A stretch of DNA of 64,000 nucleotides from Candidatus Tayloriibacteriota bacterium (GCA_028286725.1 JAQBQZ010000012.1:5562-69561); one strand, 5' to 3'; shown: positions 48,284 to 59,214, numbered from the stretch's first letter. Numbers and translations are program-made. The notes: generated by a model not told the origin, from the sequence alone.

Positions 48284-49183
48284 TTACTTATCTTTCTGCC
48301 ATTTCTCCAAAGTCACCAAGAGTGGTGAACCGATAAAGATTGATGAATATGTTCCAACTGCGATACCAATAAGGAGTGCCAGTGCGAAATGCTGCGTCGC
48401 CTCTGCTCCGTAGATATAGAGCACAACAAGCGAAAGCATTGTTGTAAGGGATGTATTGATTGATCGAGTAAAAGTCTGTGATACTGACATACCAACAACT
48501 TCTTCAAAGGTTTTCTTACTTTTTTCTTTGTTGTTCTTATGGAGGTTTTCTCTTGTTCGGTCGAACACTACGATCGTATCATGCACAGAGAATCCGAGAA
48601 CAACGAGAAGTGCCGTTACGAAAAGCGCATCAACTTCAACCCCTTGATAGTATCCCAGGAACGCAAACACTCCTGTAGGTATGACCACATCGTGAAGGAG
48701 GGCCACAATTGCAACAAGTCCGTATTTCCAAGAAGATACAGGTTTTGATACTCCACGAAATGCGAATGTAATAAAGAGAACAATCGCAAGAAGCACAAAG
48801 AAGATCGACTGCGCAGATTTTGCCCGAAGCTCTTCGCCAAGAACTGGTCCTACAGAATCAAATCGCTTGATACTCGCCCCCGTATCCCCTGCTGTGATAT
48901 CAGAGAGAAGTGTTGTTCTCTCCACATCCGAAAGACTACGTGTTCGGAAGATGAGACCTTTGTCTCCTGTCGGTTGAACAGAATATTCACCAAGATCAAT
49001 ATTTGTGAGGTTTGCTTTGATAGCATCAACACTTGGCGCTACAGAATACTCCGCTTCAACAATTGACCCTCCCTTAAAATCAATACCGAATTTGAGTCCG
49101 TAAGCAAAGATCCCATAAAGAGACACCGCAATAAGAACAATTGAAATTGTATAGAATATTTTTCTGAATTTGATTACAAACAT
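48284..49183 (-). CDS. secF: Protein translocase subunit SecF
   Basis: GIDFKGG, VGPVLG, HDTIVVFDRTRE, RSINTSLTT. Confidence 0.97.
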   Translation of the reverse strand: MFVIKFRKIFYTISIVLIAVSLYGIFAYGLKFGIDFKGGSIVEAEYSVAPSVDAIKANLTNIDLGEYSVQPTGDKGLIFRTRSLSDVERTTLLSDITAGDTGASIKRFDSVGPVLGEELRAKSAQSIFFVLLAIVLFITFAFRGVSKPVSSWKYGLVAIVALLHDVVIPTGVFAFLGYYQGVEVDALFVTALLVVLGFSVHDTIVVFDRTRENLHKNNKEKSKKTFEEVVGMSVSQTFTRSINTSLTTMLSLVVLYIYGAEATQHFALALLIGIAVGTYSSIFIGSPLLVTLEKWQKDK

Positions 49184-49198
49184 AAATTTATTTAAGAA

Positions 49199-50530
49199 TT
49201 AATTTTTAAGACCGTTACCGAAAAGGAATTTAGTAAATTTGTTTGTTTTCTTAAGACCGATCGCAATAAGAAGCGTTCGAGAAACTGTAATCGCTGTGAA
49301 CATACTTGTTATAACACCGATCGCAAATACGAATGAGAACCCTTTGATGAGCGCACTTGTCGCAAAGTAGTAAAGAATCACCGCAGTAATGATTGATGAG
49401 AGGTTTGAATCTCGAATTGAAAGCCATGCTCGATGAAAGCCTTCTCGTATTGCATCCTCAAGTGAAAGGCCCCTCTTAAGCTCCTCTTTCATTCTCTCAA
49501 AGATGAGGATGTTGGCGTCCACGGCCATACCGATCGACAGAATAAATCCTGCAAGACCTGCTGTTGTGAGAGTTACTGGGACCAGCTTAAATATAATAAG
49601 GTTAATGATCGTGTAGACCGCGAGCGCAATAACTGCAACAATTCCCGGGAGTCGGTACCAAAGGATAAGGAATATCGCAATAACAATAAAGCTTATTATC
49701 CCAGCATCAACACTTGCATGAAGTGCTCCCGCACCCAGAGAGGCACCAATTGTTTGAGTACCAAGAAGTGAGATTGGAAGAGGTAATGCCCCGTAGTTCA
49801 AATCTTCTACAAGCTTCTTTGCTTCGTCTGGAGTGAACTGTCCTGAGATCTGAGCCTTACCGTCTGTGATCGCATCTCGGATAACAGGTGTTGAGAGTGG
49901 TCGTCCATCAAGGAAGATTGCGAGCACTCGTCCGATATTGTTCTTTGTGAGATCTGCAAAAAGAGTTTTACCTTCATCATTAAATGTCAGAGATACGACA
50001 GGAGCATTTGTATTCTGATTGAACTCTAAGTCAGCTCGAGCAAGAAGTCGTCCGGTTAGCCCTGTGTCAGCAAACATCTGATCCATTGTATACTTCGTTG
50101 TTGTTGAAAGGTTTTCGTTTTGAAGTTTGAATTCAAGGACTGGAGTCTTGCCGATGATACCAATCGCCTTTTCTGTATCTGTTACTCCTGGAAGTTCAAC
50201 AATAAGCTTGTGAACACTCTGTCCTCCAATATTTGCATCTTCAACCTGTACAAGAGGCTCTGAAACACCGAGCACGTTGATTCGATTTTCGATAGTTTCT
50301 CGAAGAGCTTCCATTGCACCCTTCACATCATCTGGTGCCACTTTTGAAGTGTCTGCCTGGTACACGAGGTGTGTACCACCATTTAGATCAAGTCCGAGCT
50401 TGAATGGCACATTGCCAAACCCACCGTCCTTTGATGTTTCTGTGCTGTAAATAAAGTAACCGCCAAATACCGCCAAAGCTAATAAAAACAATGCTGTAAT
50501 ACGAATTTTTGTAGTAGACATACGGGACAT
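49199..50530 (-). CDS. secD: Protein translocase subunit SecD
   Basis: LGLDLNGG, GMAVDANILIFERMKEE. Confidence 0.97.
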   Translation of the reverse strand: MSRMSTTKIRITALFLLALAVFGGYFIYSTETSKDGGFGNVPFKLGLDLNGGTHLVYQADTSKVAPDDVKGAMEALRETIENRINVLGVSEPLVQVEDANIGGQSVHKLIVELPGVTDTEKAIGIIGKTPVLEFKLQNENLSTTTKYTMDQMFADTGLTGRLLARADLEFNQNTNAPVVSLTFNDEGKTLFADLTKNNIGRVLAIFLDGRPLSTPVIRDAITDGKAQISGQFTPDEAKKLVEDLNYGALPLPISLLGTQTIGASLGAGALHASVDAGIISFIVIAIFLILWYRLPGIVAVIALAVYTIINLIIFKLVPVTLTTAGLAGFILSIGMAVDANILIFERMKEELKRGLSLEDAIREGFHRAWLSIRDSNLSSIITAVILYYFATSALIKGFSFVFAIGVITSMFTAITVSRTLLIAIGLKKTNKFTKFLFGNGLKN

Positions 50531-50624
50531 TATACTCGCTTTAGGGCTTTTTGCAATTCAATAAAGCAAGCAAAAATAGCTGTAAACACGTTACTGCGTA
50601 ACGATATTTTTGAATTTAATACAT

Positions 50625-51329
50625 CTAAATCTTACGCGACGTGAATCTCCCTGAAATGAACTTTTTTAAAATTAAGATAAGTATCCATATACCAAAGATC
50701 ACAAGGACATATTTGACCCCGATAATCTTGAGTGCATTATCACCCAAGGTATACACGAGCACTCCCCAAAATATATTCCAGATAACAATTCCAAAAAGCG
50801 AATAGATCGAAAACTTTCGAAGCGAAATACTCAAAGTCCCCGCGGCTGTTGCAATAATGGATGCAAGATTTGGCTCCCAATAACTAAAGACAATAGCATT
50901 CATCCCTTGCTTCTCGAGCTTTCCCTTTGCCATCTCAAGAGAATGTCCAAATCCAAATTTCAAAAGCACTTTATACCATCCATATTTACCAACAAAATAA
51001 TTCAAAGTATATGCAATAAAAAATGCGAGTGACGTGACAGACACAACCGCAATCGCTCGCGGAATATCTCCAACCGAAGAGATCACTCCAAGAAAAATAA
51101 TAAATCCTCCAGGAAAATATTGACCTACTATAAAAAATCCTTCAATAAGAGCTCCAAGAAATACAATCAATATTCCATACTGATTGAAATATTCCTTTAC
51201 GAGAGGAATCATCTGGTCATCACTCGGTAATCCAAACACTTTCCACAAAAAGGCCATTGTGAGATAAATAACCAAAAGCCCAAGCGGAACTAAAAGTAAT
51301 TTTAGGTATTCCTTCATTTTCGTATTCAT
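50625..51329 (-). CDS. DedA family membrane protein
   Basis: IEG...G.YFPGG, NYFVGKYG, AAGTL. Confidence 0.8.
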   Translation of the reverse strand: MNTKMKEYLKLLLVPLGLLVIYLTMAFLWKVFGLPSDDQMIPLVKEYFNQYGILIVFLGALIEGFFIVGQYFPGGFIIFLGVISSVGDIPRAIAVVSVTSLAFFIAYTLNYFVGKYGWYKVLLKFGFGHSLEMAKGKLEKQGMNAIVFSYWEPNLASIIATAAGTLSISLRKFSIYSLFGIVIWNIFWGVLVYTLGDNALKIIGVKYVLVIFGIWILILILKKFISGRFTSRKI

Positions 51330-51331
51330 AA

Positions 51332-52222
51332 TTATACCTTCAACTCCTCCACCCCTTTCACAAAGTCTTCTTTCGGTTCCCAGCCAATGAGATTTTTGGC
51401 AACTGTCGTATCTGCAAGCGTATGTCGAGGCTCGATTCGAGGCGCAATGAATTCATATTCTCCTCCGATCATCTGAGCAATTTCAAGCACTGAATGTTGC
51501 TCTCCTCCTCCAATATTCATAATCTCTCCTTTCCCCACCTTATCGCTTTCCATTGCAAGAATATTTGCACGCACTACATCTCGTACATGAGTGAAGTCTC
51601 GTGTCTGAAGTCCATCTCCGGTAATCGTCATTTTTTGTCCTTCTTTTTTTTGTTTGAGGAATCGAGCGATCACAAGCGCGTATGCGCCCTCGCTTGATTG
51701 TCTTGGACCATACACATTAAAGTATCGAAGTGATACTGTTTCAATACCATAGATCTCTGACCAGATACGACAGATATGCTCTCCAACATATTTTTGCATT
51801 CCGTAAGGACTGAGCGGTTGTGGAAGCATCGTCTCAATAAGCGGCATTGTAGATTGATTACCGTATGCTGCCGATGAAGCAGAATAAACAACTCTTTTGA
51901 CCCCAGCAAGTTGTGCGGCGATCAAAATATTTTGCGTTCCATTTATATTGACCTCGTTGGTTTCAATCGGATTTTCGATTGAATACTGTACTCGTGGAAG
52001 TGCTGCAAAATGAAATACCCCGTCGATACCTGCAAAGAGAGGCTTGATCTCTTCAATATTTCTAATATCAGCTTTGTGGAAAATTGCTTTTGGATTGAGA
52101 TTCTCCTCAAATCCTCCAGAAAGGTTGTCTATAATATGCACTTCATCCCCTCTTTCAATAAGAACATCGACGAGATTGGATCCGATAAACCCAGCACCTC
52201 CTGTAACAATGTATTTTTTCAT
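51332..52222 (-). CDS. NAD-dependent nucleotide-sugar epimerase/dehydratase
   Basis: TGGAGFIGS, SPYGMQK, LRYFNVYGPRQ. Confidence 0.95.
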   Translation of the reverse strand: MKKYIVTGGAGFIGSNLVDVLIERGDEVHIIDNLSGGFEENLNPKAIFHKADIRNIEEIKPLFAGIDGVFHFAALPRVQYSIENPIETNEVNINGTQNILIAAQLAGVKRVVYSASSAAYGNQSTMPLIETMLPQPLSPYGMQKYVGEHICRIWSEIYGIETVSLRYFNVYGPRQSSEGAYALVIARFLKQKKEGQKMTITGDGLQTRDFTHVRDVVRANILAMESDKVGKGEIMNIGGGEQHSVLEIAQMIGGEYEFIAPRIEPRHTLADTTVAKNLIGWEPKEDFVKGVEELKV

Positions 52223-52283
52223 TTTTAATTTAAAATTATGAATTATAATTTTTGATTTTTGGTTTTTAGGTTTTGATTTTACT

Positions 52284-53627
52284 TTATCTCCCCTGTCTCG
52301 ACATTAATATTTTGATTGTCTTTAGCGCAATAATTATATCAAGTGGAAATGATCTGTGCTTGATGTAATAAAGATCGTAAGAAAGTTTGTTCTGAGTCTC
52401 TTCGACATCCACTCCATGATGAGGATGGTTCTCATGATAGAGCTGCGCCCACCCAAAGAGTCCTGGCTTTATGATATGACGAACATTGTAATATGGTATT
52501 TGTTTTTCGTAGAGCTTGACTCCCGATGGTAATTCAGGACGAGGTCCAACAATGGTCAGGTCTCCTTTGATGACATTCACGAGCTGTGGAAGCTCATCAA
52601 TTCGAGATACTCTAAGAAATGAACCAAATTTTGTCACCTTGTTGTCGGTGGCTTTTGAAAGATCTGTTTCATTTCGATTCATACTTCTAAACTTCAAGAT
52701 TCGAATAGGTCGATTATTCTTTCCCACTCTTTCCTGAACAATAAATAAGGGTCCGTTATCCTGAATCTTGATACCTATATATACAAAGAGATAGAAAGGA
52801 AGCGTGATTACAAATGCTGGCAGAGCAAGCACGAGGTCCATCACTCTTTTCAGGAATTCATAAGTATCTCTCCGTCCTGTTGAAATATTTTCCAAGAACC
52901 ATCCGTAATCGATGAGCGACACAGGAAGCCGATCAAACATATCTTCATAAAGATCATAAAAATCAATGAAACTTATTTTCGAAAAGATAAGCTTGTAGAG
53001 ATGCGGCAAGATTGGTGATACAAGTTCTGAACGAGAGTCAACGATAATAGTTTTTATCTTTTCAACCTTGATGAGGCGCTCTATCTCTTCAATACCCAGA
53101 TCCTTTATCGACTCCGTATCAATAATACGAACAACGCTAAATCCATACTGAGTATTCTGATTGACTTCATCACGAAGACTTAAAGCGTTTGATCCGCCCG
53201 CGATCATAAGCGCATGAGATTTTGTTTTTACAGAAAAGAGTGACACCGCATACACTCTCCATATAAATGAAAGTCCGAGAGAAATGAGGATGTAGAAGAA
53301 AAGTATTGTCTTTGGCGCCACTCCAAAATATGGAAGCGAATAGAAGAAAAAGATAGCAACAACACTGTTAAATAGCTGCGTTTTTAAAAGCAACTCCGGC
53401 AATCGCTTTCGCTTTGCGATGCGCTGCTTTTCATAAAGTCCTGCAATAAAGAAAAAAGCGATCCATACAATAGAGATGATCGAAAATGGAATAGCGAGAC
53501 TGTAGAGCGCATTAAAAGAAGGAATCTCAAAATTTCTAATAAAGAGAGAGAGCCAGAGAGCAACAAAAAAAGCCACAATATCTCCCAAAAGAAGTATGAG
53601 TGATTCTTTTTTGTTTCCGATGCGCAT
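52284..53627 (-). CDS. Polyprenyl-phosphate glycosylphosphotransferase (priming sugar transferase)
   Basis: KRVMD, KFRSM, RIDELPQL.NV, VGPRPE, KPGLFGWAQ. Confidence 0.93.
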   Translation of the reverse strand: MRIGNKKESLILLLGDIVAFFVALWLSLFIRNFEIPSFNALYSLAIPFSIISIVWIAFFFIAGLYEKQRIAKRKRLPELLLKTQLFNSVVAIFFFYSLPYFGVAPKTILFFYILISLGLSFIWRVYAVSLFSVKTKSHALMIAGGSNALSLRDEVNQNTQYGFSVVRIIDTESIKDLGIEEIERLIKVEKIKTIIVDSRSELVSPILPHLYKLIFSKISFIDFYDLYEDMFDRLPVSLIDYGWFLENISTGRRDTYEFLKRVMDLVLALPAFVITLPFYLFVYIGIKIQDNGPLFIVQERVGKNNRPIRILKFRSMNRNETDLSKATDNKVTKFGSFLRVSRIDELPQLVNVIKGDLTIVGPRPELPSGVKLYEKQIPYYNVRHIIKPGLFGWAQLYHENHPHHGVDVEETQNKLSYDLYYIKHRSFPLDIIIALKTIKILMSRQGR

Positions 53628-53726
53628 ATGGATAATGATTTATTTGCGGTTAATTTTGGGATAGATCCTTTCCTGTGTTAAGATATACTATCATAAATTC
53701 AATCAGTATAAAAATGTTCATTGTCT

Positions 53727-54881
53727 ATGCAAAATAAGAAAAAGATAATCCTGGTTATTACAAAATCGAGCTGGGGTGGCGCTCAACGCTATGTCTTTGA
53801 CCTTGCCACATCGCTCCAAAAAGAAGGTTTTGAGATTATTGTTGCGACCGGAGGCCAAAAAGCTCTCTACCACAAACTGAAAGCAGAAGGTGTAAAAGTA
53901 ATCGAGATCCCTGGAATGGAACGCGACCTATCACTCCCAAAAGAGATCAAAGCATTCGGCTTTTTGTATAAATTGTTCAAAAAAGAAAAACCAGATATCA
54001 TCCATTTAAACAGTTCGAAAGCTGGACTCGGAGCGCTCGCAGGCAGGCTCACTGGCATCAAAAAAATAGTGTTCACGATGCACGGACTCGCAACGAATGA
54101 AAACCGCCCACCCTACCAGAAACGTTTTATACGACTTATATATATATTAACCATTATTCTCTGTCACAAAACGATCGCAGTATCAGATGCACTCAAAAAG
54201 CAATCAGAACGAGAACTTGGAATGGTCTCTCACAAAATCACAGTCATCAGAAACGGAATCATGTCTCCCGACTTTCTCACAAAACATGATGCGAGACACC
54301 TCCTCATCCAATCAATGATCAAGGGTAAAGCAGATATCAAGCTCGCATCATTTACAATCGGAACAATAGGTGAACTTCATCCCATCAAAGGACATTCATA
54401 TCTCCTCGAAGGATTCCAGACTATTCTTCGCCACTCTGCCCTGCCTCTTTATCTTTTTATAATCGGCGATGGGCAAGATAACAAAAAAATACAAAAGCAG
54501 ATCGACACAATGAAATTATCTGACAATGTATTTATGTGCGGACATGTTGATAATGCAGAAACAATACTTAAGGCATTCGATATTTTTATTCTTCCATCGA
54601 TCTCTGAAGGGTTACCTTATGTTTTGGAAGAAGCGGGATTTGCAGGACTTCCTACGATTGCTTCAAATGTCGGCGGAATTCCAGAAATAATTGAAGACAA
54701 AAAAACAGGACTCCTCATCAAACCGCAATCAGCGAGCGACATTGCTCACGCCATACAGAAACTTGTATATGAACCAGAGCTTCGAAAAGATATCGGGCTA
54801 AATCTTCACAAAAAAGTAACGACAGAATTCATTTTGGAAAAGATGGTTTTGGATACCAAGAAAATCTACGGCATCATCTAA
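53727..54881 (+). CDS. Glycosyltransferase family 4
   Basis: GGAQRYV, PSISEGLP..LEEA, VGGIPEII. Confidence 0.93.
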   Translation: MQNKKKIILVITKSSWGGAQRYVFDLATSLQKEGFEIIVATGGQKALYHKLKAEGVKVIEIPGMERDLSLPKEIKAFGFLYKLFKKEKPDIIHLNSSKAGLGALAGRLTGIKKIVFTMHGLATNENRPPYQKRFIRLIYILTIILCHKTIAVSDALKKQSERELGMVSHKITVIRNGIMSPDFLTKHDARHLLIQSMIKGKADIKLASFTIGTIGELHPIKGHSYLLEGFQTILRHSALPLYLFIIGDGQDNKKIQKQIDTMKLSDNVFMCGHVDNAETILKAFDIFILPSISEGLPYVLEEAGFAGLPTIASNVGGIPEIIEDKKTGLLIKPQSASDIAHAIQKLVYEPELRKDIGLNLHKKVTTEFILEKMVLDTKKIYGII

Positions 54882-54926
54882 ATATCCACAGCCATTTTAA
54901 GTTCTTTTTGTGATATAATTCAACTT

Positions 54927-55217
54927 ATGTCACTTCAATTTGAAGATCAGAATAATCTCCTTGTGCGAAGAAATACGTATCAACAAAACTATGGCCCAAT
55001 AGTGGCTCTTCTACTCAGATTTCATATAGCAAAAACCGAAAAAACAGCCAACAAGATACTATTCATCGTGTCTATTCTTGTATTTATTTGTGCAGCAACG
55101 CTTATTGTAAGAAACGTTATAAAAGCCAACACCCCTGTAAAAGTTAAATACAATCTCTCAAAAGAAGGATTTAATAAACTTCCCCAAAATGTGCAGGTTA
55201 AAATTTTGACACAATAA
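54927..55217 (+). CDS. Small single-TM hypothetical protein
   Basis: TATAAT just upstream; one TM helix; immediately precedes the giant pilin. Confidence 0.65.
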   Translation: MSLQFEDQNNLLVRRNTYQQNYGPIVALLLRFHIAKTEKTANKILFIVSILVFICAATLIVRNVIKANTPVKVKYNLSKEGFNKLPQNVQVKILTQ

Positions 55218-55219
55218 AA

Positions 55220-57235
55220 ATGCGAAATATATTCAGAAAGCAAAATAGCGGGCGAAATTACTCTGCCGGTTTTACACTGATCGAACTCATGGTTGTCGTG
55301 GCCATTGTTTCACTTCTTGCGAGTGTAATCGTAGGTCTCGTTTCTTCTTCTCGAGCAAAAGCCAAAGATGCAAATATTGCCACAGAAATTCACCTCATAC
55401 AGCTCGCCCTTGAGGAATACAATACGGGCCATGGAGGATTTCCAAATCCTCAAGGCGGTGACCAATCATCTGACAATATGTACTGTATTGGTTCGACTGA
55501 CTGCATATATAATGGCTATTTAGTAAGTACGCAACTTAAAGGTACAGATATTGCGTTCAATAAGATAAACTCAAACCTTCTTGCATCAAGCTTCCCAGTC
55601 TTTACAAGCGAGCAGATCGCAACACTCGATAACGACAACAAAGGATACATATATGTTGCTTGCGGTGGATCAAATCCTACTTGCCCGAACGATCAGGCAA
55701 TACTTATGTATCCAAAAATTCAAGCCGGTTCTTTTTCTGTCATAAATGTAGGAACCTTTAATGAATCAAGCTGTGAGATCGCTCAATGCCAGGAAAATTA
55801 TGGACACAATTGCGGAAACGGATCGCAAGAGTGCTCAGTTTTTTCAAATACAGAAGGCTCATGTAACTACGATGTAAATGGAAGTGGTGGATCAAGTGGC
55901 ACTTGTACTTGCGGAGGCAACAATTCTGATTGTTCAATGTTTTGTGGCGATAGTTCAAGCAATGACGGCTGTAGCTACGATCCAAATGGAACAGGATCTT
56001 GTAGTTGTAACACCCTTCAATACAGCGAGAGTAGCTACCCTTATTGCTCAAGCGACAGTAACACTGGTAATTATAGTTATGATAGCGGTAATAGTGGATG
56101 GTGCAGCGGAAGTGGTTATAGCTACTATGGATCAGGCACACCTTCTAACTACCCTTACTATAACGGCACAGGTAGCTGTATCTCTGTAAATGTTTCTTCA
56201 TCGTACGGCAATGGCCAAAGTGGAAGCTATTGTAATATGCCGTATGATCCAGGATATCAAGAGAGTTCATATCCTTGGTTTACAAGCGACAGTACAGCGG
56301 GATCCTATGGATATTCTTCTGGAAACGGTTGGTCTGGATATGGATATTACGGAACATCTTATCCAAGTGGTTACCCTTACGCAGGAGGGTCTGGAAGCTG
56401 TATCTACATATCAGTATCTAGTTCATATGGTGGAGGCTACTATACAAACTATTACTGCAACTCTCAAAACATAGTGTATGGATGTACCGATTCAGGTGCA
56501 TGCAACTATGACCCAAATGCCAATTCAAATTCAGGATGTGATTACTCTTGCCACGATACAACGGTATATGGATGCACAGATGGTTCAGCTTGCAACTACA
56601 ATTCGAGTGCGAATAGTAATGATGGAAGCTGTGAATACATGAGTTGTCACACTGTGTATGGATGTACGAGCGGTTCAGCTTGCAACTACAATTCGAGTGC
56701 AACAAATGATGACGGAAGTTGCGAATACACGAGCTGCATGACAACTTATGGATGTACTGATAGCACAGCTTGTAACTACAACTCAAGTGCGAACTATAGC
56801 GACGGAAGCTGTGACTATTCAAGCTGTCATTCATACTCCTGCCAAGGAACTCCATCTTGTGGTTATGGTGACTCATATTCATGTCAAAACTACAATAACT
56901 ACAGCGGCAGTAACTGTTCTTGGAGCAGCAACGGCGGGTCATGTTCAGGAACATATTACACATCAGGAGATTGTAGTGCATTCAATAATGACTACTGGGC
57001 TTGTAGCAACAATGGATGTAATACAAATTACGATGATAATAGCAACTTCTATTGTTCTGGTATGTATAACACCGGAAACGATTGCTCATCACTTGATTCA
57101 GGAAGCTGTGGATCATACTCTGGCTGTTCATGGAACGACTACGGAGGTTCTTGTAACGTATCTCGAAACTGTAGCGACAACACCGATTCAAACAGTTGTG
57201 GAAACACATCAGGATGTACTTGGACATACTCTTAA
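55220..57235 (+). CDS. Giant type IV pilin with a Cys/Ser/Gly/Tyr-rich repeat extension
   Basis: AGFTLIELMVVVAIV N-terminus; four YGCT...ACNY...A...GSC.Y repeats and two longer Tyr/Gly repeats. Confidence 0.88.
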   Translation: MRNIFRKQNSGRNYSAGFTLIELMVVVAIVSLLASVIVGLVSSSRAKAKDANIATEIHLIQLALEEYNTGHGGFPNPQGGDQSSDNMYCIGSTDCIYNGYLVSTQLKGTDIAFNKINSNLLASSFPVFTSEQIATLDNDNKGYIYVACGGSNPTCPNDQAILMYPKIQAGSFSVINVGTFNESSCEIAQCQENYGHNCGNGSQECSVFSNTEGSCNYDVNGSGGSSGTCTCGGNNSDCSMFCGDSSSNDGCSYDPNGTGSCSCNTLQYSESSYPYCSSDSNTGNYSYDSGNSGWCSGSGYSYYGSGTPSNYPYYNGTGSCISVNVSSSYGNGQSGSYCNMPYDPGYQESSYPWFTSDSTAGSYGYSSGNGWSGYGYYGTSYPSGYPYAGGSGSCIYISVSSSYGGGYYTNYYCNSQNIVYGCTDSGACNYDPNANSNSGCDYSCHDTTVYGCTDGSACNYNSSANSNDGSCEYMSCHTVYGCTSGSACNYNSSATNDDGSCEYTSCMTTYGCTDSTACNYNSSANYSDGSCDYSSCHSYSCQGTPSCGYGDSYSCQNYNNYSGSNCSWSSNGGSCSGTYYTSGDCSAFNNDYWACSNNGCNTNYDDNSNFYCSGMYNTGNDCSSLDSGSCGSYSGCSWNDYGGSCNVSRNCSDNTDSNSCGNTSGCTWTYS

Positions 57236-57242
57236 AATAGGT

Positions 57243-57290
57243 AAAATAAAAAAACCCTTGGACCACACGGTCCAAGGGGTTTTTTATTTT
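57243..57290. terminator. Bidirectional terminator
   Basis: aaaataaaaaacccttggacc-acac-ggtccaaggggttttttatttt. Confidence 0.8.
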
Positions 57291-57297
57291 AAGTTTA

Positions 57298-58428
57298 TTA
57301 CATCCCCAAGAATTCATTCTTGATTAAGTCTCTGTGTGCCTCTCTCCTATAGCGACGCATCCCCATGATCATACCAAGTGCGGTGAAAGAGATAAGTAAA
57401 TGTGATCCACCATAGCTCACAAAAGGAAGTGGGATCCCTGTCACAGGCATCACTCCCATATTCATCCCTACATTGATAATAAAGTGTCCAATGAACATGA
57501 TAGCAACCCCTGAAGCAAAAAGAATCTCAAAGTTAGTTTCCCCTTTCTGCGCATTATCCATAATACGAAATATCAAAAGTCCGAATGATCCAATAAGGAA
57601 AAGGACACCAATAAATCCCCACTCTTCAGAGAATGCGGCGAAGATAAAGTCTGTCTCGTATTCAGGAAGAAAATTAAGTCTTGATTGTGTTCCATATCCG
57701 ATCCCCTTGCCGAGTACCCCGCCTGATCCCACTGCGATTGTTGATTGATACGAGTTATATCCTGCGCCACGGACATCAGCAAGCGGATTTAAGAATGTTT
57801 TGATACGATTCTTTTGATAATCCTTAAACACATAAGCCCAAAGCCCTGCAAATGTGACAGCACCAATAAGTACAACTGTAAAAAGATGTTTCTTTGAGAT
57901 GCCTGCCAGAAGGATCATTCCAAACCAAATAAAAAAGAGGATGATCCCGAGTCCCAAGTCAGGCTGCAGCATCACCAACAAAAAAAGCCCAAATGCATAA
58001 AGGCCCGAAACCAGAATATGCTTCACGTTCCCTATCTCAACATGTCTCTTTGAAAAATATTTTGAGAGCACGAGAATAAGTGCGAGCTTCGCGAAGTCTG
58101 CTGGCTGAAAAGAAAAGAACCCAAAATCGATCCAGCTTTTAGCCCCCTTGATAGTTCGTCCTACAAGAAGTACAAGTACAAGGAATGCGACCGCAGTCAT
58201 ATAAAATGCGACCACAGGAGTCGTCTTTCGAAAGAATCTAAAATCAATAAAGCTCAAAGCGAAGAAAATAATAAACGATACGATCACCCAAACAACCTGC
58301 TTCGAGAATACATTGGTCTCTCCGGTAAATGAATACATAGTTACAAGCCCTCCCGTAACAAGAGGAATAAGAGAGCCCACCAATATCCAATCCATCGAAT
58401 GGAATGCTTTTGAGATTTTTTGAACCAC
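57298..58428 (-). CDS. rodA: Rod shape-determining SEDS protein RodA
   Basis: GAKSWI, FQPADFAK, QPDLG, LPEYETDFIF, PFVSYGGS. Confidence 0.93.
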   Translation of the reverse strand: MVQKISKAFHSMDWILVGSLIPLVTGGLVTMYSFTGETNVFSKQVVWVIVSFIIFFALSFIDFRFFRKTTPVVAFYMTAVAFLVLVLLVGRTIKGAKSWIDFGFFSFQPADFAKLALILVLSKYFSKRHVEIGNVKHILVSGLYAFGLFLLVMLQPDLGLGIILFFIWFGMILLAGISKKHLFTVVLIGAVTFAGLWAYVFKDYQKNRIKTFLNPLADVRGAGYNSYQSTIAVGSGGVLGKGIGYGTQSRLNFLPEYETDFIFAAFSEEWGFIGVLFLIGSFGLLIFRIMDNAQKGETNFEILFASGVAIMFIGHFIINVGMNMGVMPVTGIPLPFVSYGGSHLLISFTALGMIMGMRRYRREAHRDLIKNEFLGM

Positions 58429-58440
58429 GTTTTTTATTTA

Positions 58441-59214
58441 TTATTGCCAGTTTCTCGGTATCGGTCTTGGAATTACATCAATCTTTGAAACATCAAAATC
58501 AAATTTATAGTTCCAAGTGAACGTCACATTTGTTTTGTCGCTTGGTGAAATGTAGTCAATGATAGTTGCTGACGATTCGTGAGCGTTTCCATCTTTGTCG
58601 TATACAACCGCAATCACTTCCATATTTTTCATTGCGTACACTTCGTCGTTTTCAATATCTGCAGTGATTCGAGATCTTGTATCAACAACTTCATTATTAA
58701 CATTTGTAACCTTGATATTAGGATCAATGAATTGCCCTTTCTGCCACACAATAGCATCACTATTTATTTCAAACGTTATCTTTGAAGCTTCTCTATTTCC
58801 TGTAAGAATTGAATGCTCAAATATTGGGAATACTCTTCCTGGCGGTACAAATGTTTGACCAGGAACTTCAAAAAGCAAAATATTCTTTTCATCATACACT
58901 TTGAATATATATTGCATATTTGTTGAGAAGACATTTTGGTTTGGATTCTCGACGAGCGCAAGCGCACTATAGGCCCCTGGACCCGCTTTGAAAAGACGAC
59001 TGTAGACAGTGATCGGCGGTCGAGATTCAAGAGGACAAACGAGCGCACATATTCCTCCACAGTCTACCCCCATCTCATCCTGATTTTGAACATTATCAAA
59101 ACAACTCGGAGCCTTATTTAAAAATTTAGTATATACAAAAATTCCAAGCGCAATAAAGATTACTGCCCAAATAGTTCCTAGTATTTTGAATTTTCGTCGT
59201 GATCCCCAGTTCAT
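58441..59214 (-). CDS. Membrane-anchored hypothetical protein with a Cys-rich motif
   Basis: TM then CFDNVQNQDEMGVDCGGIC. Confidence 0.75.
   Translation of the reverse strand: MNWGSRRKFKILGTIWAVIFIALGIFVYTKFLNKAPSCFDNVQNQDEMGVDCGGICALVCPLESRPPITVYSRLFKAGPGAYSALALVENPNQNVFSTNMQYIFKVYDEKNILLFEVPGQTFVPPGRVFPIFEHSILTGNREASKITFEINSDAIVWQKGQFIDPNIKVTNVNNEVVDTRSRITADIENDEVYAMKNMEVIAVVYDKDGNAHESSATIIDYISPSDKTNVTFTWNYKFDFDVSKIDVIPRPIPRNWQ

Noticed and set aside
56470-56830. Roughly 90-bp periodic repeats as a CRISPR array or DGR template/variable pair
   Set aside because: They are in-frame coding repeats without unique spacers; no cas or reverse transcriptase gene is present, and the differences are not confined to adenines.
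55758-57323. Long alternative-frame and antisense ORFs over the giant pilin
   Set aside because: Expected shadows of low-complexity, codon-biased sequence.
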